Of a stretch of DNA of 64,000 nt, positions 37,747 to 47,719 are shown piece after piece. Positions within the stretch are counted from its first letter, which is position 1; every line of letters begins with the position of its first letter. Both the position numbers and the translations under genes were made by a program. The notes beneath the pieces are model-generated. The model worked only from the letters and a program-made list of their open reading frames with translations. It made no database searches and had not been told where the DNA came from. The stretch is taken from contig CAXXWC010000021.1 of assembly GCA_963668645.2 (NCBI GenBank), forward strand, positions 128,001-192,000, given 5' to 3'. Source of the stretch: Desulfobacterales bacterium. GTDB lineage: Bacteria; Desulfobacterota; Desulfobacteria; Desulfobacterales; UBA2174.

Positions 37747-39171
37747 CTATCGAATTGTATTTATCCATTCGACGTGAAATTTAGATCGTATCTCCGAATA
37801 AAATTTCCCAACCCATGTTCCAGATTTAACATGCCTGATAAATATTGGGCAATCATAAGGACTTAATCTGAACTCTGAATCTTGATACGTGCTACGCGGA
37901 TACTCCCAAAATCCCCTTATTGGGAATTCTCGGTGGAATGCCCTTAATCCAAAGGTATGCGTTCCTTCGACTATGAAAACATTATCGATACATTGTAAAC
38001 ATATCATACTTGTTTGGGCAGTTGTGCTTGAAAGCTTAGAGACACTCATTGGATCTCGATATTTCGGATCAAGTCGTCGATAGTCGGACCAGTTAAGAGC
38101 TAATCTTGCAGTAATAATTCTCTTCGATTCAAAAAGTGACAGTAAAAATCGTGCTCGTAAATCGAATTGAGACTCTCTTGAGGTATCTTTCAGGCTGTTC
38201 TCCAAAAACTCTATGAAAAATCTTAGGGTTTGACCTGTTATTCCTTGCATGGCCAACCTTAACTCAGAATCCGTTGCCCATCCCCACCATTTAGTACCTT
38301 CTGCGGTTCTACGGCCGTAACGGGGATCACATCCAAATCGTGTAATCCATTTGGGCCAAGAACCAGCCCATTTTCCATTATTTTCCCTTGCGATACGCTG
38401 TATGAGTACCTGCAGGGCTGCCGCACCCATTAATAAATTAGCAGAGGCTTGTTCCTCTCTCAGATTTTCAACCTCTTCAAACGCTGGAGCTCCTTGGCCA
38501 ATTCTAACAGATTTAATCTTATTCAAGAGAAATATTTGTCGCAACCTTTCAGCAAAACGACCTTGTTTGGGAATCTCAAAACGATTTATTAAATCGGTGA
38601 GATTATCAGATTTTATCGCCTGATTTGCGATATTAGCAGGGCCATTTGCTGAAAATAAAAGCCTTCGATGCTGGTGCCATAATCTAATTCTTTTATCAGT
38701 TGAGTCTCCAGCCTTGCCCGTCGAAAATGATTCCATTAATCTCGAACATACAATTGTGATTGCAGCAAGTAGATCAAAATGCGTAAAAAACAGAACAGCC
38801 ACCTGTCTTCTTCTTCCTATATGATAGCCGGTTCCATCTTTTCCAAGAATTGAGAAGGCAACTTTTTCATCAAATAGCGGAAGCCACTTTGAATCTGGGT
38901 GACCATAATGTTCAATGTACAGACTTAATAATAACCGTTGCCTTCCAACCACATCACTCGCTTTTTCAAAACTTTCTCCTCTTGTTTTCCGCTTTCTTAA
39001 TTTTACGATAAGCTCATTTTTACGATTTCTAAAGTTTTTGCTCTCGTAACCTTGCTCAAACCTTTGAATATTGATTTCAATAATCTTATGCAGCGTTTTG
39101 GTTGGACTTGACAATATTGTATCGTCTAATTGGAGAGATGGTAATTGTTTTAATGCAAGATCGAGATACAT
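37747..39171 (-). CDS. zorC: Zorya ZorC (EH-signature-type protein)
   Basis: Lies between zorB and zorD; GCDPR...WW, FIVE, FIRH...GTW pattern. Confidence 0.75.
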   Translation of the reverse strand: MYLDLALKQLPSLQLDDTILSSPTKTLHKIIEINIQRFEQGYESKNFRNRKNELIVKLRKRKTRGESFEKASDVVGRQRLLLSLYIEHYGHPDSKWLPLFDEKVAFSILGKDGTGYHIGRRRQVAVLFFTHFDLLAAITIVCSRLMESFSTGKAGDSTDKRIRLWHQHRRLLFSANGPANIANQAIKSDNLTDLINRFEIPKQGRFAERLRQIFLLNKIKSVRIGQGAPAFEEVENLREEQASANLLMGAAALQVLIQRIARENNGKWAGSWPKWITRFGCDPRYGRRTAEGTKWWGWATDSELRLAMQGITGQTLRFFIEFLENSLKDTSRESQFDLRARFLLSLFESKRIITARLALNWSDYRRLDPKYRDPMSVSKLSSTTAQTSMICLQCIDNVFIVEGTHTFGLRAFHREFPIRGFWEYPRSTYQDSEFRLSPYDCPIFIRHVKSGTWVGKFYSEIRSKFHVEWINTIR

Positions 39172-40040
39172 TAATCAGTTGCCTTTAGTTTTTGTATAAT
39201 CTCTCGCGTCCTGTCTCGTAATTTTCCTAAACTGGCCTGAAGTCTTTTTAGATCATCTTTTTCTGATGATACTAATGTAAAACGTATATCTATTCTACGG
39301 TCTTCGGGTCGATCATCATTTATTTTCTCACCGTTGAAACGGTCATGTGTAGACCTTGTATCCGCATATCCACTTACAGAAATAAGAGGCTTTACTAGAT
39401 GACTTGAATCAGGGGAAATGGTTTTTAGTTCTTTCAACTCATGCATTTTGCCAGGAGACTCTGTCCAAAATTTCCATAAAGAAATTGCCCTGTATGTGCT
39501 AAGCCCCCAGTTTCCCATTGCTCGATTATTTGGTACTGAATCAGTGTGCCCTTCAATAAATACAGTATCAAGTAGTGCACGATTATTATCTTGTTTAAGC
39601 GACTTTAAAAGAACATCGCCTATCGCGGTGGCCGATTCAATATGTTCTACTGGTATGGTATAGCGACCTAAGGCAAAGTGGAGCTGTTCTTCAGGAATTC
39701 TTAAGACCGTACCATTCTCTGCGAGAATAACCTCAATTCCTCTTTTTTTTAAATCTTCTTGTATCTCTCTGAGCATAAGAGTTAATGCTTGCTCTCGTTT
39801 AACAACTCCACTAATTGACAACCTGATATCATCTTGAATCTGTTGGATCCCCTCCAGGCTTTCAATCAGTTCTTCTTTGGAAACACGAAGCTCTTCTCTC
39901 CGCTTTTCAAGCTCAACTAATGTAACGATGAGTACAAGGATATAGATTGCAAGCATCCCAGCCATCAAATCTGAAAATGAGAGCAAATATGGATTGTCCT
40001 CATCCTTTCTCAGCGGCAATGCTATTGTTCGTCTAAACAT
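39171..40040 (-). CDS. zorB: Zorya ZorB (MotB/OmpA-like)
   Basis: SFSDLM TM aspartate; IEGHTD, NWGLS..RA, SGYADTR, RRIDIRF. Confidence 0.9.
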   Translation of the reverse strand: MFRRTIALPLRKDEDNPYLLSFSDLMAGMLAIYILVLIVTLVELEKRREELRVSKEELIESLEGIQQIQDDIRLSISGVVKREQALTLMLREIQEDLKKRGIEVILAENGTVLRIPEEQLHFALGRYTIPVEHIESATAIGDVLLKSLKQDNNRALLDTVFIEGHTDSVPNNRAMGNWGLSTYRAISLWKFWTESPGKMHELKELKTISPDSSHLVKPLISVSGYADTRSTHDRFNGEKINDDRPEDRRIDIRFTLVSSEKDDLKRLQASLGKLRDRTREIIQKLKATD

Positions 40041-40046
40041 GATAGT

Positions 40047-42041
40047 TTATCTTCTTTTTATCTCGCTAATAGCCTCTTGCAGGGCGTCGAGACCTTCTTG
40101 GAGTTGATCTACTTGACTTTGATATGATTTTAAACAGTTTGACACTTCACTTGTCCATTGATTCATAAGATTCCGCGTATTTCCCTCTATTTGATCACCA
40201 TATGCACCAATTATTGATTGCAGTCTATCCTTCATCGCATTAAGCCCAATCTCAACGCTATCGAACCATTTCTTTTGAAGATCAATTAGCTGTGTATAGA
40301 ATTTGTGTGAGCTTTCTGCTCCCTCGACGATTCTATTACCTGCTTCGCCCAAGCCCTTGGTTAAACCTGAAATAGATTGAGGGATAGGTTCAAAAACGTT
40401 TGCAGTCCGTTCTCCTGCAATGGCAGCAGATAGAGATGCCTTAGCGGCTTCATTTTGCTTTTCTGATGCGTCTAATACGTGCTGGCCAAACGCTGCAAGT
40501 TCGTTACTTGCATCATCAAGGGTTGTCGCTGCGGCACTTAAATGCTCAGCCAGAGCAGATACCTTTGAGAATTGTTCTGCAGCTGCTCCGACTTTTTCAG
40601 CAAGATCACCAGTCATTTCGAGAAGACGTTGGTTTCTTTCGTTCTCAGATGCATTACGATTTTTCTCAAAATTTTCTTGATCTTCTGGGAGCTTGGATAA
40701 ATATGATTTTAAATCATTAACTGGATCTGAAAATGATGCTATAACACGAGCAGCTTCACTAAGCGTCTCTTGGATGGCTGGTAGCTGGCCGCTTATCGTA
40801 TCGAACTTGTCAGCAACTTTCGTATTGGCTTTACTTGATGATAATTGGGCCTCAGCGGCCAATTTATTATTTTCCGATGAAATTTTTAGAGTTTCTTTCA
40901 TTTCAGAAAAATTTGCAGCAGCCTGATTAACTTCAGATGCTGCCAAGGCCATTTTGTCCATAACCGATTCGTGAGCATTCAACTTTTGGACTGCGTTACC
41001 AACATTTTGCTGGGCTACGGCAACAACCTTTGTCAGTTTTTCAACAATGGGCTGAAAGCTATCAACACTTTTCATTAAATTTTCGCTTGCACCAGAGAAT
41101 TGTTCTCTGAAATGCTTACCCATTTGACCAATTTCGCTTTGCAAATTTTTTAACTCAGCGGTAACTGTTTCGGATAACAATATCGCTGATTTTTCCATTA
41201 AGGAACCTTGGCCTTCACTTGTCGCCTTTGCAACTGCATCTTTTATTTCATTACCAAGACGACCTATGGCCTTTTGCATCTCATCACCAATCGCAACAGC
41301 CAATCCTTTAAGTATTTCTTCTGTTCCCCTTGAGGAACGTTCCATTTCAATTAGCGAATCTTCAGGGACATATGGTTTATAGATAGAATCAACGATTGTT
41401 TGAAGTTTTCGAATCCTCCATAAAGCTATTCTCTCTAAGAACTTTTCTAACCCACTAAATGTTAAGCTTGAAAACACACCCCAAACCGATGTTGAAAATG
41501 CAATGACACATCCCTGAATCAATGGAACAATACTTTTATCAAGCTCTTTGGCATTGCTTAGGTCTAAACCACCCATTCCTATTTGTAGGCCAGCAAACGT
41601 ACCAAGCACGCCCAGACCTGTTAGAATCCCTGGTATTGCAACAAACAATCTGCTTCTCATTAAGTTCGGAGCAAGTATGTTATCGCTAAAAATATCAGCT
41701 GCCTTTACAGATCTCCTGAGAGACTTTATTCCTGTACCATCACGATGCTCAACCGCTACTAAATGTTGTTTCCATTCGTATAATAGAGGAAATTTTGGAG
41801 AGTTTTCAATATTCCTAGAACCTTCATCTTTGGGAAGTTTTGATAAATAACCCTGCGATCGTAATATTGATGAAATGGTAAGAGATAGTGTCCAAATAAA
41901 GAACACAATTGTAATTCCAACAATAACTTGAATAAACAGAGAACTAAGGACTTGAGATGCAATCTGGGATTCGTGGTTAAATAAAAGCCGATACGCCTCA
42001 ATTGGATTCCATGTATACGGTAATAGTAGTTTCCAGTTCAT
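40047..42041 (-). CDS. zorA: Zorya ZorA (MotA-like TMs + long helical tail)
   Basis: IPGILTGLGVLGTFAGL...AFSTSVWG, then about 450 aa of coiled-coil-like sequence. Confidence 0.9.
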   Translation of the reverse strand: MNWKLLLPYTWNPIEAYRLLFNHESQIASQVLSSLFIQVIVGITIVFFIWTLSLTISSILRSQGYLSKLPKDEGSRNIENSPKFPLLYEWKQHLVAVEHRDGTGIKSLRRSVKAADIFSDNILAPNLMRSRLFVAIPGILTGLGVLGTFAGLQIGMGGLDLSNAKELDKSIVPLIQGCVIAFSTSVWGVFSSLTFSGLEKFLERIALWRIRKLQTIVDSIYKPYVPEDSLIEMERSSRGTEEILKGLAVAIGDEMQKAIGRLGNEIKDAVAKATSEGQGSLMEKSAILLSETVTAELKNLQSEIGQMGKHFREQFSGASENLMKSVDSFQPIVEKLTKVVAVAQQNVGNAVQKLNAHESVMDKMALAASEVNQAAANFSEMKETLKISSENNKLAAEAQLSSSKANTKVADKFDTISGQLPAIQETLSEAARVIASFSDPVNDLKSYLSKLPEDQENFEKNRNASENERNQRLLEMTGDLAEKVGAAAEQFSKVSALAEHLSAAATTLDDASNELAAFGQHVLDASEKQNEAAKASLSAAIAGERTANVFEPIPQSISGLTKGLGEAGNRIVEGAESSHKFYTQLIDLQKKWFDSVEIGLNAMKDRLQSIIGAYGDQIEGNTRNLMNQWTSEVSNCLKSYQSQVDQLQEGLDALQEAISEIKRR

Positions 42042-42574
42042 AATTTGATTCTATTTTTTCACCTTTTAGGATGTTTGTCTTATTTTTTGCCTTTTTAAGT
42101 TCTTCTCAAAACCTCCATCGTTATTTCCCCATCCCCCCCCAAACTATTAAGCCCCAGTACCCTTTGCTTAGACATCCCGTTGATCATGGCCATAAACGAG
42201 GAACGTTGTTGACTATATGAACTTCTTCCAAAGACACTAACGTACATTAAGCATCAATTCGGCGAAACTACAGATTAATGGTAATAATCTTCATCCCCAC
42301 TTGCGATTCTCCGACAGACGACATTTTCCATAGCCAAAAACAACAAGACCCCATCCGCCAATTTTCCTGGCAATTGGGGTCTTTGATGGGTACAGCACTC
42401 ATGGCTCCTCCCGTTTTAAGTTTGATTAATTCAGCAGCCCATAGCAAAACAATAAACCAAAGTCAATATATAGCGTTTATTCGAAAACGGTACATTTCCA
42501 TCCCGTCGGGTGTTCTCGCTCTTTTTCAACCCTCGAATACTCTAACGGAAGATTGGCCTTTGAGTATGTTTCCG

Positions 42575-42710
42575 GCGAGCGTTTCGAACCGCTTCGATCA
42601 TGGGCCGGTGGGCTTTACCCGCCACGGCAACCACATGCCACGCCTGGAGATTGCCGCCTGAAGCGGCCCAGCAGGCATCCTCAAGAATCGCCTCGACCGT
42701 GCCGAACGAG
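42575..42710 (-). pseudogene. Degenerate nitroreductase fragment
   Basis: Similar to about 45870-45995 (AASGGNLQ.WHV.AVAG) with frameshifts. Confidence 0.65.
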
Positions 42711-42812
42711 TGTCACTGGTAATGCAAAAATGTACCAAAAAAGGGAATGAATAAGTGTACCACCTCCGTGGCCGGATCATGGTAGGACCCTCCAAGAAAG
42801 GAGGGCTTCGCC

Positions 42813-44087
42813 ATGATCGCAAGGGAGGTCTTCATGGACATTCTTTCCTATTACCGCCAAGGGTTGTCTCAGCGAGCCATCTCGCGAAAGCTTGGCATTC
42901 ACCGCGACACGGTAAAAAAGTATATCTCTCAGCCCCAGGCGCCGGAGTACTCAAAAACCAGCAAAAGGGAGTCGATCCTGGCGCCGTTCTACCAGATGAT
43001 TGAAGACTGGCTGGCCCAAGATGACTATCGGGCTGCCTGGATCTTCCAGAGGATCAAAGATCTTGGATATTCAGGCAGCTACGATACGGTCAAGCCGTTT
43101 GTGCGATCCATCAAAGCCCGCAACCGGCGCCAGGCCTACCTGCGCTTCGAGACCGTGCCCGGGCTCCAGGGGCAGGTCGATTGGGGCGATTTCAAGGTCA
43201 GTGCGGCCGGCGCCGTGGATCTGACGCTTTACCTCTTTGTCCTCGTATTAGGCTTTTCGCGCGCCATGTATGCCGAATTCGTCAGCCAATGCACCCTCCA
43301 AGCATTCATGGATGCCCACATACACGCCTTTAAATACCTGTGCGGTGTGCCTTTCGAGCTGCTCTACGACAACATGCGCAACGTCTTTTCCGGCCGTCAG
43401 AACGCAAAGCCGGTCATCAACGTCGAGTTTACGCATTTTGCCAACCACTACGGTTTCAAGCCGATCCTCTGTGCGCCTTACAGCCCCTGGGTCAAGGGAA
43501 AGGTGGAACGGCCGATGGACTACATCCGCGAAGCCTTCTGGAGAGGCTACCGCTTTACCAGCCTGGAGGCGGCCAACCACGATCTTCTACAGTGGCTTTC
43601 CCAGACGGCCAACCGGCGCACACACGGCACCCACCGCCAGCCGGTGGACATGCGCTGGCAGCAGGAGGTCAAGAGCCTCAGCCCGGTCATGCCCGACTAC
43701 GACACCGCCATCAAGGTCTATCGCAAGGTCTACAAGGACTGCATGGTCTCCTACAACGCCAGCCGCTACCAAGTCCCTCCGGAAGCGGTGGGCAAGAAAG
43801 TGTTGTTGAAGATCAAAGACGGCGCCGTGCGGATTTACGACGACGACCGGCTGCTCAAGACCTATGCCCAGAGCGATGAAAAGGGCCGATGGATGACCGA
43901 TCCGGCCATCATCAAGCAGATCCTCGATCTGCGCCGCGAACAGCCCTGTCAGCCGCCCTACGGCCGCCCCAAGGGCAAAGCCACCCGCGGCCTAGTCAAC
44001 GCCAGTCTCTTTCCCCAGGTAGCCTGTCGGCCGCTGTCCGAGTATGAACAGTTTGCCCAGAAAGGAGGCGGGGTATGGACCAGCTGA
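42813..44087 (+). CDS. istA: IS21 transposase IstA
   Basis: N-terminal HTH, RFETVPG..GQVDWG, LYDNM, KGKVER. Confidence 0.95.
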   Translation: MIAREVFMDILSYYRQGLSQRAISRKLGIHRDTVKKYISQPQAPEYSKTSKRESILAPFYQMIEDWLAQDDYRAAWIFQRIKDLGYSGSYDTVKPFVRSIKARNRRQAYLRFETVPGLQGQVDWGDFKVSAAGAVDLTLYLFVLVLGFSRAMYAEFVSQCTLQAFMDAHIHAFKYLCGVPFELLYDNMRNVFSGRQNAKPVINVEFTHFANHYGFKPILCAPYSPWVKGKVERPMDYIREAFWRGYRFTSLEAANHDLLQWLSQTANRRTHGTHRQPVDMRWQQEVKSLSPVMPDYDTAIKVYRKVYKDCMVSYNASRYQVPPEAVGKKVLLKIKDGAVRIYDDDRLLKTYAQSDEKGRWMTDPAIIKQILDLRREQPCQPPYGRPKGKATRGLVNASLFPQVACRPLSEYEQFAQKGGGVWTS

Positions 44088-44860
44088 TTAGCGACCGTCT
44101 GCGGGACAATCTGCAGCGGCTCAAGCTCACCCAGGCGGCTGATGTTCTGGACTCGGTCCTCTCCCAGGCCGAGGCCGAAAAGGGCTCGTACCTGTCGTTC
44201 CTCGACCACCTGCTGGAGGAGGAAGTCGCGGCCAAGGAAAAGCGCCGGGTGCAAACCGCCATGAAAACCGCCGGCTTGCCGGCCGCCAAAACCATCGACG
44301 CCTACGACTTTACTTTCCATCCGGATCTGAACAAAAAGGAGGTGATGACCCTGTTCGATTTGGACTTTATCGCCAAGCATGAAAATGTGATCTTTCTCGG
44401 GCCGCCGGGGGTGGGTAAAACCCATCTGGCCATCTCGCTGGCGACCAAAGCGTGCCATCACGGTTTCAAGGTCTATTTCACCACGATGGACACGCTGATG
44501 CGCAAGCTCAAGGAATCGCAGTCCCGGCACAAGGCCTATCTGACCTCGCCGCTGGTGGTGGTCGACGAGGTGGGCTATCTGCCCATCGACAGCCGGGAGG
44601 CGTATCTGTTCTTCCAGTTCGTCTCCCATCGCTACGAGCGCAGCTCGACGATCATTACCTCGAACAAGAGCTTTATCGACTGGAAGGAACTGTTCGGCGA
44701 CCAGGTGATCGCCACGGCCATTCTCGACCGGCTGCTGCACCACTGCCGCGTGGTCAACATCAAAGGACACAGCTATCGGCTCAGGAAACACAATTTTTCA
44801 AAGAACGAGTTCGGACGCCACCCGGTTCCGCCGGCAGCGGCCCAGGAGGCACGGAATTAA
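44075..44860 (+). CDS. istB: IS21 helper ATPase IstB
   Basis: GPPGVGKTHLA, VVDEVGY, AILDRLLH, GHSYR. Confidence 0.95.
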   Translation: MDQLISDRLRDNLQRLKLTQAADVLDSVLSQAEAEKGSYLSFLDHLLEEEVAAKEKRRVQTAMKTAGLPAAKTIDAYDFTFHPDLNKKEVMTLFDLDFIAKHENVIFLGPPGVGKTHLAISLATKACHHGFKVYFTTMDTLMRKLKESQSRHKAYLTSPLVVVDEVGYLPIDSREAYLFFQFVSHRYERSSTIITSNKSFIDWKELFGDQVIATAILDRLLHHCRVVNIKGHSYRLRKHNFSKNEFGRHPVPPAAAQEARN

Positions 44861-44932
44861 CCAGCGCGGTGGTACACTTTTATTTTCCCATAACTGGTAC
44901 ACTTTTCATTCCCATTGACAACGAGGCCCCCG

Positions 44933-45385
44933 TCACATCAAAGCATCGGCATCCGCCATGGAGCACCCGACTCTTTCGAACTCCTTTTCCAGTCCCATAA
45001 AAACCGCCACCACGGCCGGATCGAACTGGGTGCCGCTGCCCTGTTGGATGATGTCGCAGCATTCTTTGTGGGATAAGGCTTCCTTGTAGCAGCGCTTGGA
45101 ACGCAAAGCGTCGTAGACATCCGCCAGTGCCATGAGACGGGCGGCCAAAGGGATCTGCTCTTCTTTGAGCCCGTTGGGATAGCCGCCGCCATCCCAGCGC
45201 TCGTGATGGCTCAGGGCGATGGCAATGCCCATCCCGATGAACGCGTTTTGGGGATAAATGCCACGAACCGCTTCCATGGTGCCGGCCCCCACGACCGTAT
45301 GCCATTTCATGGTTTCGAACTCCTCGGCCGTGAGGCGGCCCGGTTTGAGCAAAACCCGGTCGGGGATGGCCACCTCGGCGATGGT
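44933..45385 (-). pseudogene. HD-GYP phosphodiesterase C-terminal fragment
   Basis: LLKPGRLT.EEF, HHERWDGGGYP, ADVYDAL, QFDP present; HDIGK replaced by TIAE and N-terminus missing. Confidence 0.8.
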
Positions 45386-45387
45386 TT

Positions 45388-46062
45388 TTACTCAAACCCC
45401 TGAAACCGCGCGAACTCATCTACCGCTACGCGCTTGGATCGCAGCGTGTTGACGGCGGCGTCAGGATCGCGGAATCCAAGCGCCATGCCGCAATATACCT
45501 GGAGCGGTTTTTCCACGCCCAGCACCGCGCCAACGGTTTTCGCGTGCATGGTCCATGCCTCTTGGGCGCAGGTCGAAAGCCCGCGGGCCTGGGCCGCCAG
45601 CATGAGCGCCATCATGAACATCCCCAGATGTGCCCATTGATTGGGGTTCATGCGCTCGTCGATTGCGTAGAACAGCCCTACCGGTGCGCCGAAAAACTCG
45701 TAGTTGCGCGTCAACCACTGGAGGCGCCCGGCCTTGTCTTCTCGCGGTATGCCGAGCAGTGCGTACATCTGCTCTCCCAGTTCATAGCGGCGGGTCCGAT
45801 ACGGCTCCCACAAGTGGGCCGGATACATGGGAAAGGCGTTTTCGTCCGTAAAGGGGTCGCGTACGAGTTTGGCCTTGACCGCTTCGATCACGCGCCGGCG
45901 GGCTTCACCCGCCACTGCAATCACATGCCAGGGCTGGAGATTGCCTCCTGAAGCGGCCCATCGGGCCTCTTCAAGAATCGCCTCGACCATGCCGCGCGAG
46001 ACCGGATCGGGCTTGAAGGCGCGCACCGAGATTCGTTGTTTGATCGCGTCGATGACTTCCAT
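45388..46062 (-). CDS. Nitroreductase family protein
   Basis: AIKQRISVRAF, AASGGNLQPW, FFGAPV, ARGLSTCAQEAW. Confidence 0.9.
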   Translation of the reverse strand: MEVIDAIKQRISVRAFKPDPVSRGMVEAILEEARWAASGGNLQPWHVIAVAGEARRRVIEAVKAKLVRDPFTDENAFPMYPAHLWEPYRTRRYELGEQMYALLGIPREDKAGRLQWLTRNYEFFGAPVGLFYAIDERMNPNQWAHLGMFMMALMLAAQARGLSTCAQEAWTMHAKTVGAVLGVEKPLQVYCGMALGFRDPDAAVNTLRSKRVAVDEFARFQGFE

Positions 46063-46164
46063 AGATTGAAGATCCTTTGCAATGACCAGCGGGTGTGGAG
46101 ATGGACTCGATCCAATCCCTCGCCGGTCGGTTAAAGACAGCCCCAGCTTATTTCTCTCATATCT

Positions 46165-46320
46165 GATGCTTTCGTAAAAAGTCCGGAAACCGTCATGCCG
46201 GACTTGATCCGGCATCCATAAACCTCTGTGATTGATAGATTCCTGCTTTCGCAGGAATGACATATAAAAGGCAAAAGGAATTACGTACGAAAGGCAAATC
46301 GGACTTTTTACGAGGTAATC
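46165..46320. mobile_element. MITE, 156 bp (copy B)
   Basis: Very similar to 20931-21086; flanking duplication ATATCT. Confidence 0.8.
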
Positions 46321-46336
46321 ATATCTGATTTTTAGT

Positions 46337-46864
46337 CTATTCAAACCAGTCCGGGCACTGCTCGTGAATAAAATCCTTCATTTCCATTTTATCTTCTTTG
46401 TTACGGCCTTTCCCCCACTTTTTCAATACAGATCGAAAAATCTCCCCTGGAATGTCAGTGGCCCAATTCTTGAATTCTGATTCGGATTCTTTCTCATATC
46501 TGTATATACCTTTCAAGACTCCCATGCAATAAAACATAGCCTCTTGATGCATTTTCAGATCCAGCAATCTTTGCATCTCTTTCGCATATGGATCCATCAC
46601 CTCTTCAATCATTTCGAACGACATATCCTCTGGTGAGGTATAGCCATCTCTACTTGAACCCGAACGATCCCACAGCTCATGGACATCAATTCCATCCAAA
46701 TCAAAAAACACAACTTCACAAATCTCATCAACATCAACATCTCTGATCGACTTTTCTGCCAATTCAACAATTTTCTTTTTCAACTCCTTGTCTTTTTTAG
46801 CTAATTGGCGAAGTATTTCTAAAGCCTCATCAGGGGAAATCCTGTTGAAAATATCATCCTTCAT
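46337..46864 (-). CDS. Hypothetical protein (175 aa, acidic)
   Basis: Clean ORF with GGAGG RBS. Confidence 0.75.
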   Translation of the reverse strand: MKDDIFNRISPDEALEILRQLAKKDKELKKKIVELAEKSIRDVDVDEICEVVFFDLDGIDVHELWDRSGSSRDGYTSPEDMSFEMIEEVMDPYAKEMQRLLDLKMHQEAMFYCMGVLKGIYRYEKESESEFKNWATDIPGEIFRSVLKKWGKGRNKEDKMEMKDFIHEQCPDWFE

Positions 46865-46967
46865 GTTCTTCTTCCTCCAGTGGAAAGTTTGCCCGGGCCT
46901 TCTATGTCCTTAACTGCAGATCCCTCGTCGTTCCTCCTCGGCATGACTCGGAAGGGGATTATGATCT

Positions 46968-47100
46968 TCAATTCGCTTTGATCGCTCCGAAAGCGGCAAA
47001 ACAGGAATTTTTATGCAAAAGCTCGACCCTGCGAAAGCCCACTTTCCGTAAAAGTTCCAATTGAAAAGTAACCGGCCTTGGGGAATCTTCTTTATCGATG
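46968..47100 (-). pseudogene. Class I SAM methyltransferase C-terminal remnant
   Basis: IDKEDSPRPVTFQLELLRKVGF..VELLHKNSCFAAFGA resembles a methyltransferase C-terminus. Confidence 0.45.
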
Positions 47101-47109
47101 GGTTGGGTG

Positions 47110-47706
47110 TCATGACAGACGCGGTCCTCTGGTTGCAAGAAACTCACCATTGCCAACCGGCACCGTGCATGTGGTGAACTCGTGATCCACGGATACCACG
47201 GTGATAAAAGGTGCCATTTCGTTTGCATGCGAGACGGCATTGTCCACAACGAGAAGTCCTCCGTTGCGCAAAATTCGCCTCAGATCGGACCACCATCGTA
47301 CGTATTCAGAGCGCTCCGAATCGAGAAAGATCAGGTCAAAGCTGGAATCGTCCATGTGCCTGATCAGCCCTCCGGCCTCACCGTGCAGTTGGGTGATGAG
47401 GCGGGAAAGACCGGAGCGCTCGAAATTCCTGGCGGCCATCCCGACCTTCATGTCCGAGACCTCGATCGTGATAACGTGCCCATCAACAGCCAGCGCCGCC
47501 TGGGCGAGCCAGAGGGTCGAATAGCCGTTTGAGGTTCCGACCTCAAGCACACGCCGGGCGTTGGCAGCCCGAACGAGTACGACCAGAAACTCTCCGGTGT
47601 CGCGGGTTATATTCAACATACGACGAGGATAATCGGCGTTGGCGGCATCGTTGCTCCGGCCGAATTGCTCCAATTCACTCAGCAGCTCTTGCAGCGGGTT
47701 ATTCAC
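47110..47706 (-). CDS. O-methyltransferase (COMT/YrrM-like)
   Basis: VLEVGTSNGYST, FDLIFLD, GGLLVVDN; GTG start after AAGGAG. Confidence 0.9.
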   Translation of the reverse strand: MNNPLQELLSELEQFGRSNDAANADYPRRMLNITRDTGEFLVVLVRAANARRVLEVGTSNGYSTLWLAQAALAVDGHVITIEVSDMKVGMAARNFERSGLSRLITQLHGEAGGLIRHMDDSSFDLIFLDSERSEYVRWWSDLRRILRNGGLLVVDNAVSHANEMAPFITVVSVDHEFTTCTVPVGNGEFLATRGPRLS

Positions 47707-47719
47707 GAAAGATCTCCTT

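Larger units (their letters stand above)
42711..44920 (+). mobile_element. IS21-family element, 2210 bp
   Basis: TGTCA...TGACA ends with repeated TGTACCA boxes; 5-bp TSD ACGAG at 42706-42710 and 44921-44925. Confidence 0.93.

Noticed and set aside
34425..42041. Zorya as a novel system
   Set aside because: It matches the described type I ZorABCD layout; only its context is notable
46063..46344. N-terminal extension of the nitroreductase (318-aa ORF)
   Set aside because: It is read through a MITE; family similarity starts at MEVIDAI
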